64,000 nucleotides of DNA from Dicyema japonicum (lineage: Eukaryota; Animalia; Dicyemida): the NCBI GenBank assembly GCA_011109175.1, contig RDEW01000015.1, positions 672,938 through 736,937 on the forward strand, given 5' to 3'. The notes beneath the pieces are model-generated. The model made no database searches, had not been told where the DNA came from, and saw only the letters and a program-made list of their open reading frames with translations. The position numbers and the translations under genes were made by a program. Each line of letters begins with the position of its first letter. Within the stretch, counting starts at the first letter, position 1. Positions 38,760-53,098 of the stretch are shown one piece after another.

Positions 38760-39800
38760 TTCTGTTGTTATCAAATGAAGCTAACGTAATTGATGGAATT
38801 GATGGATATAGTGGGTGTATTGGAAGGCCCATCTGGGCAAATTAACAAGGCAGACGTGCTAAAACAATATTTTCTGAAGTATGCCAAAAATTAGTAAACA
38901 CTAAATTGAACTCGGTCAACCTTTTTAAAGCAATTCACAAAGAGAAAACTTAAAGAAACAAATAAGTATGAAAAGTCTTCATTCGCAAGAAAACCTAGCG
39001 GAAAAATTTGTAAACACTGAATTTTCATCTCTGTGGCTAGCAAAAGGGAACAATTCTCCAAAATCGGAAACCTTGTTCTGTTTAGTCCAGGACAGAAATC
39101 TCTTCATTGGAGAACGGAACAAGATTTGCACCTTGTGTAAAAAATGGAAGAAAACCGTCAATCATTGTGCTTCAAGATGTCGCAAAATGTTGCACGGAGA
39201 TTACGTCAGAAGACATAATGAAGTCGTACGATGCCTTCACTTTTATTTTTGCAAAGAATACGGTCTCAAATACGAAAAAAGATTAAAAACCCACTCAATG
39301 CAAACAATTTTGATAATGGTTCGGTAGAGATTAGAGTAATACTTTCATCAAAACCAATATATACATTGAACACAAGTCTGATTTATTCATCTATGATAAA
39401 AAGAGAAATCAAATACTGTTGGTTAAAGTGGGTATAACATCGACCCAAAATCTTTAACAAGTAGAATTCGAAAAATTGAGAATGTATGACCTTTTATCGA
39501 AAGAACTGGAATAAATACACCATGCGAAAGTGAGGATTGTCCATAGTACTGACTTGGGGAGGATTGGTAATCTCACATTCGTGGGAACATTCCAGATTTC
39601 TAACATAAGCGAAAGAACCTTTACGTATTTTCAATCATTGGTTATACGTAAATCTTTTGAGTCGATGAATGTTTTATACAGGAATAAGACGGGTTTTATG
39701 GAAAGAACTAAAGAGATAAAGAAGGAATTGAATAATATCTATACGAGAATGGATAACAAAGACTCTCAAGACGACGGAACATATAACCTAGACTGTTCAG
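38760..39800 (+). mobile_element. R4/NeSL-like RLE retrotransposon, 3' part
   Basis: KLNSVNLFKA, CLVQDRNLF, CTLCKK..KTVNHCASRC, YVRRHNEVVRCLHF, FQSLVIRKSFES. Confidence 0.85.
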
Positions 39801-40329
39801 AACCGAAATTTGTAGATGATCTAGAAGTTATTACCACGTACATAAATTATTTAAGAAATATTTTTTTATTTAAAAATCATAGTTTTAATGAGATCCCTGA
39901 AATTAATAAGTATTTACAAGATTTTCTAAATTTGCCTTTCTTTTCGTATGTGCAATCCTTATATCTCCTCTTTTTTGATAAAACTTTGATCAATCCTGCA
40001 GGTTCAGTAATGAAGAAATAATAAAGTGACTAAAAATTATACATGCCCACAAGAGGCAATTTCTTTTTATTCTGTTCTTTATCTTTTCTTGTTCCACAAG
40101 ACTTGCGTCATGTTATTCAATTATATTTTCGTCAATGTTTATCAGCAGTAGTTGTAGAATTAAGTATATTCTCGAAGCCTATCCGATGTGATGACTTCAT
40201 TTCTTAGCTATAATGACTTCATAAATCTAAATTGAGGATACTCCAGAAATATATTCATCTTTATAGGTTCTAACTTTTTTGAATCAGACTCATCACGAAG
40301 TATTTATTACAAATCACGCTAATAATTTT

Positions 40330-41660
40330 AAATAAATTATTATTATTGAAACAGGACTGGATGTCATATACAAACAGCTCATCGAGTCTAAAATAGGATA
40401 CGCATGTAATGTCGGGTATCTAACCTTGCAGCAACGAATTTGGACAAAATCTGCAACATTTAAGTAAAGGCAGCATACCTACTAAGGAAATCTTCCCGTG
40501 TGGAAATCATGCTCAGAAACTTTGAAAATATGATAGAAGCGACTGGAACAGTACCCCTGCGAAGGACTCGAATATGTGGACCCCGTCCATATTAGAATTG
40601 CGCAGGAACGCAGTCGGAACACCGAGAAAAGATGCGAAAACTGTTGAGGGAGGTCGGTGCACAAAAATATCAGGTTTATTGTATTGGACTTTTGATTCTG
40701 TCAAAATCGACGTGTCAACTTTAATTTCGACATTTTGATTCGTCAATATAGACTGAACCGAATGTCCTTTCAATTTTCTGCTTCTTTTGATTCCATAAAT
40801 TCGACAAAGATGAAGATGGATGCACTTTACCACTTCATTATGTCTTCGGAGATAATCACTATTTAGCATTTTACCACACTGAGTTGACAAATGATCAACA
40901 GTTTTCTTGCTTTTTTTACAATGGTTGCATAATGACCCCGTGTGTACAAAAAACAAATTCCTATCTTGCAAAAGCTTCGCTCCGTGGGCCGTTATTTCTT
41001 TGGATTATCCATTCCGAGGAAGTATATAGCTCGACATTTGTTTCATCAATACATTTGAACATAATTGAATGTAGTGTTCTGCAATAAATTTTATTTAATA
41101 AATATTTTTCAGAGTGTCCTTGAGGGAGTTAATATCCATGCTTTCCCTGTGGCAATTGCATATTTAGAGACAAGAAATCCTGCGATTGTAGCCAAGTGCC
41201 ATTTTTTTGTTTTTATTACTCGCAGAATCCCCGACCTTCGCAACACACAGTCGACTGTTTTTCCAAACTTTTAGGGAACTGGAAAAGATTAATTCGCTCT
41301 TTAATGAAATCGAGGAAATTCCTCTTCCAAAAGTCTTCCTGTCCAAATACAGCCTCTCTTTATTTGCAGGTTTGAGGTGCAACTTGAGTGACGTAAGCAG
41401 TTGCGTATTTGTTGGTCAAAATCATCAAATTCGTATAAGGTTCAATATTAATTAATCCAATATAATAGTTATAGGGACATTGAGAGTTCATTTATTGCGC
41501 GAAATAAGTTACAGAATTTAACTTTGTTTTTGAAAGTATGGTTATTCTCTTCTTAACATTTTCAAGTATGGACTCCATAACTTTGCTTTAAGAACATTAC
41601 TTCCCTCGTCTTCAAAAACACTCAAATATCGATATCCACTGACTCCTTCCAGAGTCTCAC
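40330..41660 (-). mobile_element. R4/NeSL-like RLE retrotransposon fragment
   Basis: HLKPANKERLYLDRK, QDRNLFF, CNHCKK..KTVDHLSTQC, YLRRHNEVVKCIHLHLC, KPDIF; closely related to 22740-23700. Confidence 0.87.
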
Positions 41661-41999
41661 AACATGATAGCGATTTAGCATTAGAAAGTGACTTTTCCGA
41701 ATTCGAACAACTTCACATATGGGATCCCTCCAGTAAAGTTGGTGGGTTGCAGTCGTATAAACCCCTCCAGTGGAGTGGGGAAGACAAAATGATCCTTTTT
41801 CGCTGCGCCACCTGAGACAGATCACAATAATCTGAAGAATATATTAGAAATTAAATAAAATTAATTTAAGATTAACGTCAGAAATAAATTAACTAATGAG
41901 GGACTCCTTCTATGTTATCCTCCCTAGCACATTCTCCTCTTTTTTGCCCAACCCGACCAATAACACAGATTCATCCTGAATAACATCTAAAGTCTTCGT

Positions 42000-42480
42000 T
42001 GTCCCAATTTGTCCATTCTGTTCCTCTCCAAGGTGGCATATTTGGCTCGTTAGTCCTTCTCTAATGGTAACGTCCATCAATCCTTCTTCAAGAGTCCATA
42101 TTTGTGTTCTACTCGCATGCTCTCCAAGGTTTTCCTGATCACTTGAGATTGAATGTACGATCTTATAGGACTCTCCACATTAATCGAAGCATGGTGATGT
42201 TCATAAAACCTTGATACCATCCCAGGTAAGCAGTATTGGCACAATGTTAACCTTAGCATTATGTATTAGTCCCAGTTCACTTGCAAGCAGGTCATATTTG
42301 TGCAGTTTTCCATTTCGACTTGCTTTAATGACTGCTGGAAAGTGATGCCAATCTCAATAAGTGTAATCATGTCTTAATCGAGAACAAATATATCAGGCTA
42401 GTTATGCTCAATATTTGTCTCGGTATAATTGTGCTGTCCACACAAATTTCAACATTGTCTCTGACAGTGCGAATCTCTAC
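42000..42480 (-). mobile_element. RLE retrotransposon, 3' fragment
   Basis: IEIGIT, KYDLLASEL, YIQSQVIRKTLES. Confidence 0.75.
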
Positions 42481-44039
42481 AGGGCAAATGCATAGGACAG
42501 TGATATATTCAAATTATAAAGAGTTAATAAATTAAATCAAGAATAAAAACACGTAAGTCGAGACTGACAATCGAGGCAGCTTAAGGTTAGAATGTCATGA
42601 AAATGGTTATGTGTTCAATTCCCATCATGGTCACTTAGTCGAAAGTTCTCTTTCTATGCTATCCCTTTCTTCCTTTGTTCAAATACCGTGGCGTTATGTG
42701 ATCTCTCTCAGGGACGTCTGTTCAGGACGGTGTTTCCACAACTGTGGTTATAAACTCGTTTCTGTAATTTAAAAAAATCGTTCTTCAGTGACTGGGAACA
42801 TAAAAACTGGACATAATTAGTAGTTGACTGAGAACCTTCTATGTGTATCAGGGAATAGTATCTAAAATGTAATATAGCATTGGAAACCATTCAGTTGTAA
42901 TTTTATAACCTCAAATTAATATTATAAACAATTAATTTTGCAATTATTTCGTGAACTTTAATGACACGACAAATTTTGAGTATATAAACAAAAATTCGCT
43001 TATTTTAAGAAATGCAGAATTCACTAAATGAAAAAAAATCGAAATGGATCCAATTCATGAGCAAAATAAGTCCAGAATATTACTCAGCATATTTGGGATC
43101 AGCTTTATTCTATTTTGGTGCAAAAGGAAACTTTGTAAACAACCATCAAAGCATGGGTACCATTGTATTCTCAATTGTTTGCGTTGAAGGCTAAAAGCGA
43201 GGTTTCAAACAATATCCACATAAAATTTTCTTAGTCATATAAAAATGTCCTAAAATGCAAATCTAACCATGTTAGTAGGGTATTAAGATAAATATGCAAC
43301 CATCATGGACAAGAAATAGCCATGTTATCAATGTATTTCAGCAAAATAGACCAAATAGAGATTTGTTCTATTTTAACTAAGGATCATCTATCATCCGCTT
43401 CTTCCACAGTGGAAAACTAAAATAGGCACAAATGTGAAGTTTCCCGATAAAAAGATCATTCAATTTTCAAAGGTTCACAATACTAGAAAAACCAGGGGAA
43501 TATTCTTTATTCGAATTCCGATGATAATTCCATAAATATAAATCAATCTCGGAAATAAAGTCAATAAAGTTAAAAATAATGGAAAACCAATATACTTGAC
43601 TCATGTTGGTAATAAATATGAATATTATGAAATATGGATACATGAAGTTGAAATAATGTTCGAATATTAAGTGTTAGACGTCATCAGTTCATCAATTTAA
43701 ACGAATTCTGATTCCGCATATTGACATTATTTCAATTTCACTAAAACAGCTTTATTAAATTATTAACAGCATATAATGTCAAATCTTAGAAATAAAGTTG
43801 CTATATATGCTCGCCCGTTTAATTTAAAAATAGTGTATTTATTACAGCATATAATAATATATCAAGAGCAATACAAAAAGTAAATATGCTGAGGTGTAAT
43901 AGATATTCATATATTATGTGATTTTGGGTTCGCCACAATAAAATTATTATTAAAAACACTTCCGATAAAAAATTAAGTTGATTAAGTCTCCCTTGTGCCG
44001 TATTCAGAATCATCCTCTCCGTAAGTTTCGACTATGATC

Positions 44040-44340
44040 TTCTGTTGCTTGCTGATTTTTTATACTTTTTGCATAGGACACAATACCATTTATGCCCCCA
44101 CATTACATCGGCTGTAGACCTGCCTGTCCGAAATCTTTTTGGCCGGGGGATAGGAATTTGTTTACTTTGTTTTTTATCCAGTGTATTGCAATGTGGGATT
44201 GTGTTTTGCGTATGAAAGATAATAGAATTATTGGTCTCAGGTTGCAAAAGGATTTTTAGCTTTCCCAGGTTTTTAGTGGTATTAGGTATTATCATAATAT
44301 TCAAATCAAGGAAACACCAGAGGCTGCTTTTTGTATAGCA
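44040..44340 (-). mobile_element. RTEX-like RT fragment
   Basis: FRTGRSTADVMWGHKW matches GFRTGRSTADVVWSHKW at about 57340. Confidence 0.7.
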
Positions 44341-45989
44341 ACGACTATTTCCTCTCACATTTTATTTTCTAGTTTTTTTGGTTAAGTTGTTTCTATTCCT
44401 CAGAGTTGTACTATATATACGATTGGTAGATTCACAACGTAGTTTCTACGTGTCATACAAAAGCGATACCTTTACGTTTCTCTGTATTCCATGAATTCTA
44501 TTTAGTATAGCCAAGCGACAAGTTTGTGATGACTGCTAGTTTCAAGTCTGCCATATGACCTCGAATTTTCCCTGAGTTCGGACTTGGGAGTTCCAATATC
44601 CCTTTGTCACCTCATCTAAACTATGAGAAAAGGAAAAAAAGGCCATGAAAATAATTAGAACTTTAGTGCAATAGAAAAACTTACAAATTCTGTGATTTCA
44701 AAACGACAGTTTATATTTCTCACAACTAAAAAAACTCAAACTTTGAAACGTAAACACATGAAACTTTCAGCGGTCTATTCGTCTTCATTTGATCACAAGT
44801 ATCTTAAAGAGAATGTGATGTAATTCATAGTGTCTGCTTATTTTATTTCAATGAGTAGTGATATAAGTGGGAGATCCTATTAAAATTCCAAAATTTCCGA
44901 TTTAGGTTATCTCTGCCAATTATTTCAATATTGAGAATTAAACATTATAAACTCCACCATATCACAGTCAGATAAGAGACCATTTCGTCTAATCTCGTGC
45001 AGATGACTAATTGAAAACCTAATTGAGAAATGAAAACCTGATAAAGCACTCTCGGAAAAAGACCTGATGTTAGTGGAGTGTTGAAGTTAGTGAGAAGAAC
45101 TTCGGTTACTGAGATTGATTGTTAATATATTTTAACTATTTTGAATCACAAGTTAATAAAATAGGTCATAAAACTGGGCTGCAGCAAAATACAGGAAAAA
45201 TATGAATTAAAATGGTTAATTGGTTGGGAGGTTGTGCTGATCCCCCTATTGATATTTAGCTTAACCATGGATGAAATCATGTCTTCCGTTTTCCCGTAAA
45301 CATGACGAGGTGTCAGACTCGGGAGATATCGGAAGCTTAAAATTAAGTGTCGGATACAAGAAGCTCCATCTATTTAATGCTTTCTTCATTAATTTCCAGA
45401 TCTTCTAGAATTAAGATTTATCCGGGATCGAATTAATTATTTCAGCGATGATATTCCTAAACAAATTGTTTCGGAATCAGCAATCATCTTGAATGTTTAA
45501 AACTTTCAATTGGTATTTCTCAATCGGAAATATTAAAGATTCTGATACCTGGATTGTAATCCATTTGCTTCCAAAATATAAGAGATAAAAATAATTTGAA
45601 AGTAGTGTTTGGATAATTAAAGAAACCGGTTATAACAAAAAGAAAATTGGTTAACTCAAACAGTGATGGGGATTTTACATGTGAATAGTATATCTCTGAT
45701 ACTGTTTATTTTGCGTTTCTAACCATTAAGTAGATTAATTAGAACGGAATCATCACTGACTATCTTTTAAATGTGATGAACATGGTTTGGCATAAATAAT
45801 AATGATTATAAGTTGTTCACAGAGGAACATAAATATTTCGCAATTTTGTAAACACCATAGTCTTGAATGATATGAAAAAACAGTGGTAGGGGGAATGAAA
45901 GAGCAAACTGAATTTGCAAGGCAGAAATTAATGCAAGGATTTCATTCCAAGCATTAAAAGATTCATTTTTCTGTTTATCTTTTATATTG

Positions 45990-46600
45990 GACTGATTGAG
46001 ACCGAACTAGATTATGTTGAAATCTTAGTATTCGTCGAGTATTCAGGGATAATTATTTTTACTAATGTTGACAATTATAGACCGATTGTACATTCCTATG
46101 TAAGGTTAGAGCCTACGTAATGTAGTCCATATGCATTTGCTGTGTATGGTGGGGAAATAGTAGCAACACCCGAGAGGAAGATGGCAAATATTGGCTATTA
46201 GGGAATTAAGATAAACTCACTTTCAAACATGAGCTTAACCAAAAAGAGAGTAATAATTCGAAAAACCAATGTAAAAAAGATTCATAGTCGTCTTTTTGAT
46301 GTCTTTAAGAACTTTCACGTGGATGTGATTTCTGTATAACTTCAGTATGGAAACATAACGAAGGCGCTTATAACTTTCCTACATGACATGAACTTTTTCT
46401 GTTGACATGCTGGTTGGTGTCAACACTCTAAGCAAAAAATAAGAACTGAACATTTATGTTAATCGACGATTAAGCAAAAGCATAATGAGGTTGTGAGGGG
46501 TATCCACCTGCTTTTGTGTGACAATCTTGGATATCGCATTATTAAAGCTCTTAAAGTTGGGATTGCAAAAGTTTAGACATGGTAAAGCCATGAAGTGAAA
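45990..46600 (+). mobile_element. Highly degenerate RLE retrotransposon fragment
   Basis: YLGIK and KHNEVVRGIHLLLC. Confidence 0.5.
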
Positions 46601-46895
46601 TAATTTAACATTGTGGTAATTTAATAAATCTAACAGATTACCTTCTCATGTGTTTGTATTTTACTTTTCCTATCGTTGTAGTCAAAAGTGTATATTAGTC
46701 CCTCAAAACCATAAACCTTACAACATTTATAACAATAGAGCATTTAACAGATCATCCCAATATAGTTCTCAATATATTCCAATAGTTTTCACAATACCAC
46801 TTACAATAAATGGGTATACCTAAAGTGATAATTACAGTAAATATCCCTACTGAGTCATTAATTTGTTATATATTAGAAATATTAGTATTTAGATT

Positions 46896-47808
46896 CTAAC
46901 ATTTGTCACATTGTGGCATATTATCAACCATTCTAAATTTTTTATGCAACAGGGACACGTGACAGGAATAGCATTTGAAACATTGATTATGCCAGTTGTA
47001 GTGTCCAAATTTTGCATAACTCCTTGATTCTCCAACTATGATATGTAAAACAGACAACCAGATATTGTTTTGCTACATCCATTACACATTTTAGAGAATG
47101 ACTTGTCATAACAGGAAATGCAGTAATTCACGTCAGTTTGGTTTTTGAAAATACTTCCTGACAGTTTTACCCCACATAATCCACAAACGAAACATTCAGA
47201 GTGGTAGCACTGCTTTTGGAAAGTAACTGAGTTTTTTCCGAGAGGCTGGGAACTTGATGAGACAGAAATAATGCCTGATTACACTTCTTGCATCGTTGAG
47301 AATAATCACAATTACATTCCCGACAAACAGGTCCTTCCCGTTCATTGTGGAACTTTTCAGTGGCAATGGAATTACCACATTTAACGCAAATAAAGCAATT
47401 TTTGTGATAATCATTGTTGTTGTATGTTAGTTTGGATTCACCTGATAATTATAATTACAACCTGGGCGTATTATTTTGTTACAGAATTTACAAGTTTTGC
47501 TAATTTTAGTGGAATAACAGTTAAGGCAGCAGAACTCCCCATTTTCCAGTTTATGGAATGAAGTTGATGTTATTGTATTTTTGCAAATGCCGCATCGAAG
47601 ACAATTTTTGTGGAATTTTTGATCTTTGAACAGCAAAGTCTAAAATATCCAAGAAATCAACTTTTTCTCCAGCTTTGATTATTCTGTCGCAACCACAACA
47701 CTTTTCTGCATAAAACTTGTTAAAGCAGTCCACACAATAGTCGTTATTGTTGATTGGGACGTAACTCTTTCCAGCCAAAGATGAGGAACAGCGATAACAT
47801 AATTTCAT
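46896..47808 (-). CDS. FHL: Four-and-a-half LIM domain protein (FHL/limpet-like), 4 micro-introns
   Basis: Half-LIM MKLCYRCSSSLAGKSY...YCVDCFNKFYAEKC followed by four LIM domains with correct C-x2-C...H-x2-C spacing after splicing. Introns 47640-47661 (22 nt), 47442-47461 (20), 47246-47274 (29, GC-AG), 47036-47058 (23). Confidence 0.93.
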
Positions 47809-48122
47809 TGTAGAAAATGACGACTGAATGTTTGCTTATTTATAGTTGATTAATTGTTGTTCACTGATTAAACTAATTTAACACTTTCGTTAATCTGTTA
47901 AGTACATTGGCAGGTTTACTAATTACAATGGCCTCTTCAAGTTTTCTAACAAATCACATATTTCACAATAAACTGTGAAAAACAATTCTCTATCGAATAG
48001 ATTGGTGTAATTATTAATATGCAAAATAGAATAACATTATCGAGTAAAGAAAATTATCTTTACCATAAAATTATTTAAATTTACTAAAATTGAACATTTC
48101 TAAATTAATTTTACTAACAGCC

Positions 48123-48150
48123 TTTTCACGAGAGCCATAATATTTATAGC
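48123..48150 (-). repeat. Short stub of the RTEX-like 3' end
   Basis: TTTCACGAGAGCCATAATATTTATAGC is identical to about 20912-20938. Confidence 0.55.
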
Positions 48151-48364
48151 TCCACATAGGCAAGACACTTTATTTCCTAACCATTTTTAAATTGTGTTCT
48201 CAAATAATTCAATTTTTGATTATTTATCATATATATTTGGAGGACAAATATTTGTTAACAAATGATGTGTGTTTGCATTTGTGGGGAATAAATATTCAAA
48301 TTTACTATCTAATCATATTTCCAACCACCAAGTCAAATAATAATTCCCCAAGTAAAATTAATAA

Positions 48365-49343
48365 TCATATAATAGGCTTAATACAAGACACGGGTACTAA
48401 TCCAACACAAGTACCCCGTCTCACTTTTATCATGCCATTAACTTCCACTAATGACTCTGCCCTTAGTACTTCATCCGATTGAATACTCAACTCATTCATA
48501 TTTTTTGCCTCATACTCAAATATTACTTGCACCCACGTGGATTCACTTTTTATTATCTTCTCTCCACCACTAGCACTCATCACAATCACAACCTCATCAA
48601 TCCAGTAACCAACGATCCCAACAGCATAGCAGATTCTGTGTGGTAATTAAACTGGGCCTGAATCAATTGTAGAAACGTATCCCCCATGCATTCCTGCAGT
48701 TATTTTAACAACAACCCCCTTAGCCGTAAACTCGAGCATTTTATCAGAAGTTTCCTCCATAGCAGTCTCAAAGGCAATTTTGAAGTCCCTTAGCTCGGTG
48801 GAAGACTACGATCACAAAAAGGATCACTGAATTTCCGTTTCTGGCAGCGTCGTAAGAGAGACGTAGGTGCTCTAGGTTTCTCCTAGCATTCTAAGGGTCA
48901 TTGACTTTATAACCTCGACCTCTTCAAAGTTCTTTACAAACTTTTCTAGAGAAGCGTAAAAGTCCCCGTGAATTTTCTGCACCATTTTCTGCTCAATTTC
49001 AGCCAATCCCAATTCCGCGGCACTGATTTCACCACAAACAGTGTTAGTTGATGGTAAAACACGTGATATCTGCATAAAACTGGCACTCAAAGATCTGGGA
49101 TTTATCCTCTTCTCAGTCTGAAGATTGGGAAGACTTAAAGGGCGTAAGTCACTCATAATTGAGCGAACAGCTTTCTTTATATTCTGACATTTTGTTGAAT
49201 AGGTCTTCGAATTGGGCGTCGTATTGAGTCCTTTCGGCAGTCCCCAGTATTTCTCCAGTCTTTTGACGGACTTGACTTAAGGGGACTGACGTGCTTTGAA
49301 CCTTCTTCTTAGCTACATCCACAAAATTTTTAAACATGTCCAT
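48365..49343 (-). CDS. Endophilin-family N-BAR + SH3 protein, 5 micro-introns
   Basis: GEILGTAERTQYDAQFEDL, NARRNLEHLRLSYDAAR, QAQFNYH, and SH3 VIFEYEAKNMNELSI...GLVPVSCI. Introns 49134-49152 (19 nt), 48891-48913 (23), 48806-48827 (22), 48694-48715 (22), 48570-48592 (23). Subfamily A versus B not resolved. Confidence 0.9.
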
Positions 49344-49429
49344 TTTGAATAATTGGGCCACAATAATAATATTATTTATTTATATATTTAATATTAATAT
49401 ATTAATTAATATTACTCCTTACCTGGCAT

Positions 49430-50900
49430 TTTGGAGATTGGATTTCAAAACGAGGTCAAAGGACATAATTAATTACAGTCTTGCTAACTGGAGACGATTC
49501 AAGGAGTACGTCGATACTTGCATTGAACTCTTTAATTTTCTCACTCCTCCCTCCCTAGAACGATTAGTGGTTCAACTCAACCATAAACGCTGCGAGAAGA
49601 AAGTACATTCCAATGGGCAGGCAACCTACGTCATCAAACGTTTCAATACAACCAGGAAACGTTTGATTATTGAACGAAATAATCTAAATATGGAGAATTT
49701 GACAACAAAAGAGAACAGAAAAAATACGAGAATTGAACAAAGAGATCGAGATGAACATCAAAGACTCTCTGCATTAACCACCATATGCAGAGAGTCTGGA
49801 GGTAGATCAAGAATATCAGAAGATCCTCCCCAGTTACAAAGGCGAAGTCTACATCCAACCCGACAGCCTGAATTAGTATACGTCTATCTCCTACAAGAAG
49901 TTCTCAAAAGAACACCAAGTATTTTTGTAAAAATTGAATGACTAGATCCTCTTTACTAGCCACGATGTCCGCAGGTCATATTCAAGGCCAACATTTCAGA
50001 GGCCAAATGAGCAGACATCATAACCATTGTGAACTGAAGCACCTAGGCCATCAAGTCCCGGAACTATTAGCATATATCTTCAACCTATCCTTAACACGAA
50101 CAAAGTCCCTAATTACACTTATTCGATATCCTATCTAATAAATTAACCATCATCCTTTCCCCCAATATCTATTCTGAGTTCGGTCTTACGGATCCTCAAA
50201 AGGCTTATTCTGGAAAAATACAGGATTTAATTTCTATACCTTCGACCCAGCACGGATTCCTGGGTAACCATTCGACCACAACACACCTCACAAATCATTG
50301 CGAAAAGCTTTAACTCCCCCAAACTCCATCAAAGGACAGTACTTATATCCTTGGAAAAAGGCGTTCGACTCAGTCACCAAGAAATCCACCAAAGTTGAAG
50401 TTTTGTCTTGGAAACTTCCAAAATAAAAGACGAGCAAAAGAACTTTACAACACTATGTTTAAATCTCGCTACCTTCTAAATGGAGTCCCTCGAAGTTCCC
50501 CACTGTCACTCCAACTCTTCCACCTCTACATAAACGATATGCCACAACATGTAATAAGAACGGTTTAATCCTTTCCTACGCCGACGATATCATTCTTGTC
50601 TCAAAGGACAGATGCATTCAATCAGCAACCCAGTCTGCCCAACACATGCATGACAAGCTGAAACTATGGCTCTCGAAGCGGAAACTCGAGACATTAGCAA
50701 TAAAGTTCTCTGTCATACTATTAGCACTAACAAAAGACAGCTGTGTCGAGCAATAATCCTTATGAAGAACTAGACTATCCCTATTAACAAAACAACAAGG
50801 ATTCTGGGGTCACCTTTGATAAGGGAAGCTATTTATCCGACATGTTGAGAACAAAATAACTTCTCTGATAAAAGAATCCAGGAGGCTGCGATAAAGTCAA
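49430..50900 (+). mobile_element. Jockey/I-like LINE RT region, degenerate
   Basis: ANWRRFKEY, QHGF, KAFDSV, LNGVP..SPLS, YADD, ILGVTFD. Confidence 0.8.
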
Positions 50901-52659
50901 TTAGTCCAAATCCAGCCCATTAAGATTTTTTGATATAATTACAACAGAAACTTTTAAAGAGCTGCCTCTGTTCTTGATATAATTACAACAGAAACTTTTA
51001 AGAGCCCGATGAGAAGATTTTTACAGGATTCTCGAGCATGGCGGAATCGTTCTCTCCCTTTTCTGCCTGGGTCACTTAGTCGAATAACGGGACGAATAGA
51101 CGGAAAAGATGAGAAGGCCCGTTAGGAAAGTCAGGATCACCTGATAAGCGTATTCCTTACTTAATCTGTCAGTTATTCTTTTTTAATAATTATTTTTAAT
51201 GGTCGGCTTATTTTCTCAATACTTCTTGGCATTTGGACACGGTAACTTTCACGTTGACTAGTCGACTTGCAATTAACACATTTTGATCTTTTTGAACTTT
51301 AGGAGCATTCAGATAAGCGATCTCATTAGAGGTATCTCCTTACATTTGCGCAGAAGCGGATAACTCTTCACTGGAACATTTTCTAAGCAGTCACCTTGCT
51401 CATTTGAATTTTCTTCTATCATATTGAGAAAACCAAGAGGTGAGTGGGTTCCACCTCGAACTTAAGATCATCTTCATAACATGACAGAGTATCCGTCTTG
51501 AAAAATCCGTCTATAGATATTAACCAGCAGATTATTTTCCTCCATTTTTTGCAGAACCTCCGACAGCCTCGAAACTTTCACAGATCATTCAGATTTTATC
51601 TAATGACTAGTGGGGATTTTAATACACATAAGGAGTTGAAAATTTAAAAATATTGTCCTCCCCTGACGGCTTTCTCATCACAAGTGACTTATTCTTACAA
51701 TCTTATTCCTTTTGTACACAAATATATTAGTTGGAGATCAAAGACTACCATACGAAACTTATATTATCTGACACGTTTGACTTCCAGTATGTACCATTTG
51801 TAGAATAAACTTTTGGGGATGCTGTAATCAACTCTGTGATATAATGACTAACAGTATGTTCCTGTGAAACTTTAACCCACATGCTCTGTATTGAGACCAG
51901 CCCAGGCCTCCAGTGATGTAGTCCACAGAGACATTGGACGACTATTCAGTCGTCATATGAAAATGAGTTGTTGGGAAATGTGGTCTCTTATTATATCCTA
52001 TAGTAAAAATGGTGTTCTGTTGTTTGATCATGATTGAGTTAACATGATAAAACTTAGTTTAAAAGTGATTTTTATATTCCGACTTCAATACCCTCAATCC
52101 ACGAACTAACGAAAGTTTCTCGATTTCTTATCTTCAGCTACTTGTGGTTAATAGAGGTTTCTGTTTCGATCTAGCTCTCATAAAACTCAACACGGAAAAC
52201 GTCAAGACCTTGCAAGTAACCTATAAATCCGCCAATCTGAATAAGCCTTATCCAATGTCCTAAGAATAACCACCAATGTAGATTTGTTATTCGGACACAC
52301 TAACTGTATGATTCTTTGATGTATTTTCGGGAGCAGTTTTACCTTTGTTGAATACAGTAGTTTTTAATAGTTTTAACTATATTATTATTATTTAGGATCA
52401 AATTGTCAAACACACGCAGACTATCATCCGGTCACACGATAACATTTGTAGATTTAATAGTAGTGAGATTATGATAGTAGGATCATTATGTAACTCATCT
52501 AGTCTACACTTTACTTTGATTTCTTGAAAGCATGAATGGTAAAATCCTCTGATTACGCAACATTAGTCTTTTTATTACAAAAATTTACAATATAATTTAT
52601 TTCCTTAGGATCACTAGGTTAATATAGAAAGATCAGCATCGTATGACTTGTCTGGCTTC

Positions 52660-53098
52660 TGCGTCGACGAACGAGAGTGCTCAGAGCATCAGCATGCACA
52701 TCAATTGGGACACTATTTGATAAGGTTTCCATCCCGTCCCCCACGGAATGGATTTTTGCACGATCCATCGGTGTAGACATGGAGGAATGGTCGACGCAAA
52801 AGGTCTTTACGCTCTTTCCTGCCGCAGGAGTGCTGGAAGGAGTCCAAGACACATCGCAATCAACGGAGTTATTGCTTGGGTTCATTTTTTTGTAGACAGT
52901 TTATTTTTTGATCCAGTCACAGTGGAAACGTCAGGAATAATAGGAAGCAGGTCACTGATCCTGCTAAACAGAATCGGATCGCTCATCGCGAAAAAGAAAA
53001 TTGATAGGAGAAAAAGGAGCTGGCTCATTGAGCGTATTACATTGCAAATCGTCAGGGGAAATGCGTTTTCAATTACGAGAGCAGCCAATAGTTGTTAA
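52660..53098 (+). mobile_element. CRE-like RLE 3' end with internal deletion
   Basis: HRCRHGG...LSCRRSAGRSPRH...FDPVTVETSG...WLIERITLQIVRGNA; close to 15345-16003. Confidence 0.85.

Noticed and set aside
39530-40021. 163-aa ORF
   Set aside because: The first half is the frameshifted RLE C-terminus; the rest is AT-rich read-through with no recognisable motif.
43012-43450. Possible membrane-protein gene starting MQNSLNEKKSKW
   Set aside because: Several incompatible micro-intron models are possible and none gives a recognisable protein; unsupported without RNA data.
50930-51005. Direct repeat GATATAATTACAACAGAAACTTTTAA(A)GAGC, two copies
   Set aside because: Only two units with one short spacer; not CRISPR-like, and best explained as a local tandem duplication at a LINE edge.
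52130-52265. DLALIKL trypsin-like motif
   Set aside because: No TAAHC or GDSGG motif could be found in any nearby frame.
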